In this document: piece after piece, positions 12,159 through 15,977 of the stretch
How the letters are laid out: every line of letters begins with the position of its first letter
How positions within the stretch are numbered: the first letter of the stretch is position 1
Origin: Octopus sinensis
Lineage: Eukaryota
Length of the DNA stretch: 15,977 nt
NCBI RefSeq assembly: GCF_006345805.1
Contig: NW_021825284.1
Span: forward strand, 1 to 15,977
Direction of reading: 5' to 3'
The notes under the pieces: generated by a model
Told to the model about the DNA's origin: nothing
The model's input: the letters and a program-made list of their open reading frames with translations, nothing else
Database searches by the model: none
Translations under genes and position numbers: made by a program

Positions 12159-12397
12159 GGCGCGTGGCTTAGTGGTTAGGGAGTTGGACTCATGATCGTA
12201 AGATTCTGGTTTCGATTCCTGAACCGAGCGACGCGTGGTGTTCTTGAGCAAAACACTTCATTTCATGTTGCTGCAGTCCACTCAAGTAACAAAAGTGAGT
12301 AACCCTACAATAGACTGGCGACCCGTCTACGTGGGAAATACATCCGCCAATGAAACCGGGAAACCGACCCTAATGAGCCTGGCGTGGCTCGAGAATG
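12159..12397 (+). mobile_element. tRNA-derived SINE, family C
   Basis: A box TGGCTTAGTGG (12165-12175) fits TRGCNNAGYGG; B-box-like gtttcgattcc (12209-12219). The central gtgttcttgagcaaaacact...cagtccactca resembles conserved SINE core domains. Confidence 0.78.
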
Positions 12398-12650
12398 CTT
12401 GAGAAAACAGCTGAAATGGCCTAAAAATAAGTGTTCAATACTACTCCAAACTCAGCTTACTGGGGAAATTTTAGAGGTCTATTCTGCTATGAGTGTAGCT
12501 GATTGCAAAGATAAAGACTTAGTGAAACAGAAGATATTAGTTCTGTATTTAAGAGATGAGGAATTATGTATATTAATTATATTATTTACAATTGACATTA
12601 TTTACATTATTTACAATTGACGGATATTTGTCCTCATCATGTTTGTTGTT

Positions 12651-12696
12651 AACACAACGTTTCGGCTGATATACCCTCCAGCCTTCTTCAGGTGTC
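12651..12696 (-). ncRNA. Minimal type I hammerhead ribozyme motif
   Basis: The minus strand reads GACAC-CUGAAGA-A-GGCUG(GAGGGUAUAU)CAGCC-GAAA-CG-UU|GUGUU: 5-bp stem I, 5-bp stem II, and a loopless palindromic stem III (AACGUU). Confidence 0.8.
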
Positions 12697-12737
12697 TTGG
12701 GGAAATTTCGAACCTGGATTCTCATTTCGATGTTGTA

Positions 12738-12936
<199 letters not shown>

Positions 12937-13123
12937 CCCTTATTATTAAGGTCACTGCCTGGAATCGAACTTGGGACGCCACGGCATATGCCAGTAGTGG
13001 TTAAGAGGGCGGGCTACTAACCACAAGATTCCGAGTTCGATTCCAGGCAGTGACCTTAATAATAATAAGAACAACATCTGAAAATACCTTAGGAATGAGA
13101 ACCCTGGTTCGAAATTTCTCCAA

Positions 13124-13169
13124 GACACCTGATGAAGGCTGGATAGTATATTAGCCGAAACGTTGTGTT
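13124..13169 (+). ncRNA. Minimal type I hammerhead ribozyme motif
   Basis: GACAC-CUGAUGA-A-GGCUG(GAUAGUAUAU)UAGCC-GAAA-CG-UU|GUGUU; the GUU triplet would cleave after 13164. Confidence 0.8.
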
Positions 13170-13342
13170 AACAACAAACAAGATGACGACAAATACCCGT
13201 CAAATGTAAATAATGTAAATAGTATAAATAATGTAGAAGATATTAGATTGTCAAGAACAAGTAGCTCTAGAGTACCGGCAAAGCTTTAGGCAAGCTTGGA
13301 AAAATTCCTCTGACTCTTACATAGAATTCGCTAGGAATGTGG

Positions 13343-14068
13343 TTTTTTCTTTTTTTTTTATAAGAATTTTTAAAATTTCATAATGGTCTACACAAACATG
13401 TCCACTCTCATACTCAGCCAAAATTTCATCTAAATTATACCTGTGTCTGTAATTTATAAAAAATGTTACGCACATGTGCGCAGGAGTGGCTGTGTAGTAA
13501 GTAGCTTGCTTACCAACCACATGGTTCCAGGCTCAGTCCCACTGCGTGGCACCTTGGGCAAGAGTCTTCTACTATATCCTCGGGCTGACCAAAGCCTTGT
13601 GAATGGATTTGGTGGACGGAAACTGAAAGAAGCCCGTCGTATATATGTATATGTAGAAATATATATATATATATATATATAATATATATATAGATATTGT
13701 GTGTGTGTGTGTTTATGTGTGTGTGTGTGTGTTTTTGTGTGTATTTGTGTGTCTGTGTTTGTTCCCCCAACATCGCTTGACAACCGATGCTGGTGTGTTT
13801 ACGTCCCCGTAACTTAGCGGTCCGGCAAAAAGAGACCGCTAGAATAAGCACTAGTCCTGGGGTCGATTTGCTCGTCTAAAAGGCGGTGCTCCAGCATGGC
13901 CGCAGTCACATGACTGAAACAAGTAAAAGAGTAAAGAGAGTAAAGAGTACGTGCTTCAAGTTTATTACCAATCACCTCAGCAATAGCCTTGAAATCCTTT
14001 CCATAACGACGAACACCATGCACAGCAAGTAATAATGGATCATCATTAGTCCAACGAAAATCTATTTT
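13343..14068 (-). pseudogene. RCOR: REST corepressor (CoREST/RCOR) SANT2-domain retrocopy, split by a SINE and frameshifted
   Basis: 14068-13951 reads [39 protein letters not shown]. After SINE removal it continues HVR, then a +1 frameshift near 13464-13467, then FFINYRHRYNLDEILAEYESGH (to 13398). This matches the CoREST SANT2 pattern RWT.EE.LLAVQ.VR.YGKDF.AIA.VIGNK....V..FF.NYR.R.NLDE.L.E.E.E. An A10GA6 tail lies at 13359-13343. Confidence 0.88.
13480..13950 (+). mobile_element. Family B SINE, full length, inserted into the RCOR retrocopy
   Basis: Head gcaggagtggctgtgtagtaag, internal TA/TG microsatellite, tail (gagtaaa)n. TSD GTGC at 13476-13479 and 13951-13954 (ATGTGC/ACGTGC if extended). 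Confidence 0.9.
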
Positions 14069-14130
14069 ACTTTATTACGAATCCGCGAAAGAACTAAAAG
14101 TGAAGGTGACTTCGGCAGAATTTGAACTTA
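14069..14130 (-). mobile_element. Family A SINE fragment abutting the 5' end of the RCOR retrocopy
   Basis: The minus strand aagttcaaattctgccgaagtcaccttcacttttagttctttcgcggattcgtaataaagta aligns with the family body. Confidence 0.65.
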
Positions 14131-14244
14131 GTATATAACTAGCGGGAACAAATAACAATGATCTTCTGGTTCAACACGCTAAAGATACTATTAATTGACT
14201 AATAACTTGTATTGATGAAAATTATAATAATTTGTAATTTGGAA

Positions 14245-14411
14245 GGCACCGATCTGGCAGACTCGTTAGCAGAATGCATTTTGACCGTCTTTATGTTCTT
14301 TGTAAAAATTTCACGGAGGTCGACTTTGACTTTTATCCTTTCGGGGTCGATAAATTAAGTACCAGTACTTAATCGACCTGCCCTCTGCCTTGAAATTGCT
14401 GGCCTTGCGCC
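14245..14411 (+). mobile_element. Family A SINE, deleted variant
   Basis: ggcaccgatctggcagactcgttagc...gaggtcgactttgacttttatcctttcggggtcgataaattaagtacc...ttgctggccttgcgcc. Confidence 0.82.
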
Positions 14412-14457
14412 AATAATAATAACAATAATAATAATGATAATAATAATAATAATAATA

Positions 14458-14493
<36 letters not shown>

Positions 14494-14497
<4 letters not shown>

Positions 14498-14918
14498 AGA
14501 GCAGTGCATGCCATCAAAGTGACACTGGGGTAAAATATATGAAGCCCAGCATACCCATCATGACTACCCGTCTGATAAGGGTATACTAGGCACATGCATC
14601 ACAACCAGATGTGCGCAACATGGTGATCTCATATCAAGATAAACAGCACATGACCTTGCAGGTGGGGCTCAGTTATAATTTTCTTCAGGTCGAGTAGCCC
14701 ATCCCGCTCAAAAGGTCCCTGAATAAGGGTTGTTTAAGGATGATGAAAGAAACACCCATGTTTTCAAGGGTGAATTATCCAAACCCCAAAGAATTCCTCT
14801 CAACACATGGCTATGATGCTCCCCTACTACTTCTGCTCGTGATCAGAGATGCACCTATCGTCAGCCACTAAGGGACATGCTCAACCGCTCAAGGTCAAAC
14901 AACTGACAAGCAAATCTG
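14494..14918. repeat. Unclassified complex interspersed repeat between (AAT)n (14411-14493) and (TTC)n(TTA)n (14919-15044)
   Basis: A 425-bp complex block bounded by microsatellites that I recall as an abundant octopus repeat. The class is not determinable here and there is no second copy in the window. Confidence 0.4.
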
Positions 14919-14939
14919 GTTCTTCTTCTTCTTCTTCTT

Positions 14940-15027
<88 letters not shown>

Positions 15028-15048
15028 TATTATTATTATTATTATCAA

Positions 15049-15255
15049 GGCGGCGATCTGGCAGAATCGTTAGCACATCGAGCATGCATTTGGCCCGTCT
15101 TTATGTTCTGAGTTCAAATTTCATCGAGCTTGACTTTGACTTTTATCCTTTCGGGGTCGATAAAATAAGTACCTGTTGAACACTGGGGTTGATGTAATCG
15201 ACTCAAAACCCCTCCTCTCAAAATTGCTGGCCTTGTGCCTAAATCATAAACCATA
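15049..15255 (+). mobile_element. Family A SINE, near full length
   Basis: ggcggcgatctggcagaatcgttagc...gagttcaaatttc...ggggtcgataaaataagtacc...ttgctggccttgtgcc. Confidence 0.85.
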
Positions 15256-15321
15256 ATTGTTCTGTCCTAGCGTTTTTGTTTTTGGTTTTGTTCTTATTCT
15301 TCGTTTCTTCACTTTGAATTC

Positions 15322-15527
15322 GCAGAATCTTAAAAGCGTTGCACAAAAATGCCTTGCTGTATTTCTTAACATTCCTTTATGTTTTGAGTCCAACACCTGC
15401 CGAGGTGGACTTTGCTCTTCATCTTAGATGAAATAATGTACCAGTCATGTACTGGCGTTCGATATATTATCGACTGCTTCCTCACTACAAAAATTTCTCG
15501 TCCTTGTAAACTCAATTAAAAATCATT
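15322..15527 (+). mobile_element. Decayed family A SINE
   Basis: gcagaatctt...gccgaggtggactttgctcttcatc...aataatgtaccagtc. Confidence 0.65.
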
Positions 15528-15900
15528 GATTTCAAATTTTGGCACAAGGCCAGCAATTTCGAGAGAGAGGTGTGTGAGTCGATTACATCAATCCCAGTGT
15601 TCAACTGGTACTTATTTTATCAACCCCGAAAGGATAATGGCAACCACTAACACCAGTGCTTGACTGGAGTTGATGGTAACCAGATTATTTTATCGACTTC
15701 ACAGGGGAATTTGAAATGATGACGTAAAGAGCCGGAATAAATGCTACAAAGCGTTTTGTCCGACGTTCTAACGATTCTGCCAGTGCACTGCTTTGGAAAT
15801 AATAATAAGGCCCGAACTTTGGGGGTAAGGGACTAATCGATTCCAGTAGGTAACTGGTATTTATTTCATCGACTTCCGAAAGAATGAAGGGCAAGGTTGA
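15526..15900 (-). mobile_element. Three stacked minus-strand family A SINE pieces (about 15526-15642, 15645-15790, 15795-15900)
   Basis: Reverse-complement body motifs ggtacttattttatcaaccccgaaaggat, ttctaacgattctgccag and ttcatcgacttccgaaagaatgaagggcaaggttga. Confidence 0.72.
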
Positions 15901-15977
15901 TATGTATATATATATATATGCGTGTGTGTGTACGTGTGTGTGTGTACATCTCTGTCTGTCTCTGTCTCTGTATATGT

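Noticed and set aside
12384-12620. 78-aa ORF as an independent gene
   Set aside because: It is a chimera of SINE end, gag fragment and the inserted element's terminus.
12989-13050. Functional tRNA gene (also considered at 12159-12225)
   Set aside because: A and B boxes are present but the acceptor and anticodon stems do not pair fully, and there is no T-run terminator. These are SINE-type heads.
13398-14068. RCOR as two real exons with a 471-bp intron
   Set aside because: The interruption is a full SINE with a target-site duplication, and the downstream part has a frameshift and an A-tail.
14800-14915. Possible HDV-like ribozyme on the minus strand (GGCTGAC start)
   Set aside because: The complement of the putative P1 lies upstream rather than downstream, so the nested double-pseudoknot order is not met.

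Overview
Repeat-saturated, non-coding eukaryotic DNA, most likely from an octopus. This is inferred from recognisable tRNA-derived SINE families and an extreme microsatellite density; no search was run. There is no intact protein-coding gene, and nearly all ORFs in the supplied track are translations of triplet or dinucleotide repeats. Recoverable structure: (1) Two unrelated fold-back elements, each carrying a type I hammerhead ribozyme motif on both strands. One is a perfect 72-bp inverted repeat at 7470-7635. The other is a 694-bp element at 12541-13234 with a tRNA-like head and a 12-bp target-site duplication. Both resemble non-autonomous Penelope-like retroelements. (2) A Ty3/Gypsy gag fragment that the second element splits in frame. 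(3) A CoREST/RCOR SANT2-domain retrocopy on the minus strand, with an A-tail, a frameshift and a SINE inserted into it. (4) An internally deleted Tc1/mariner transposase remnant with DD37D spacing. (5) More than a dozen SINE copies and many compound microsatellites.
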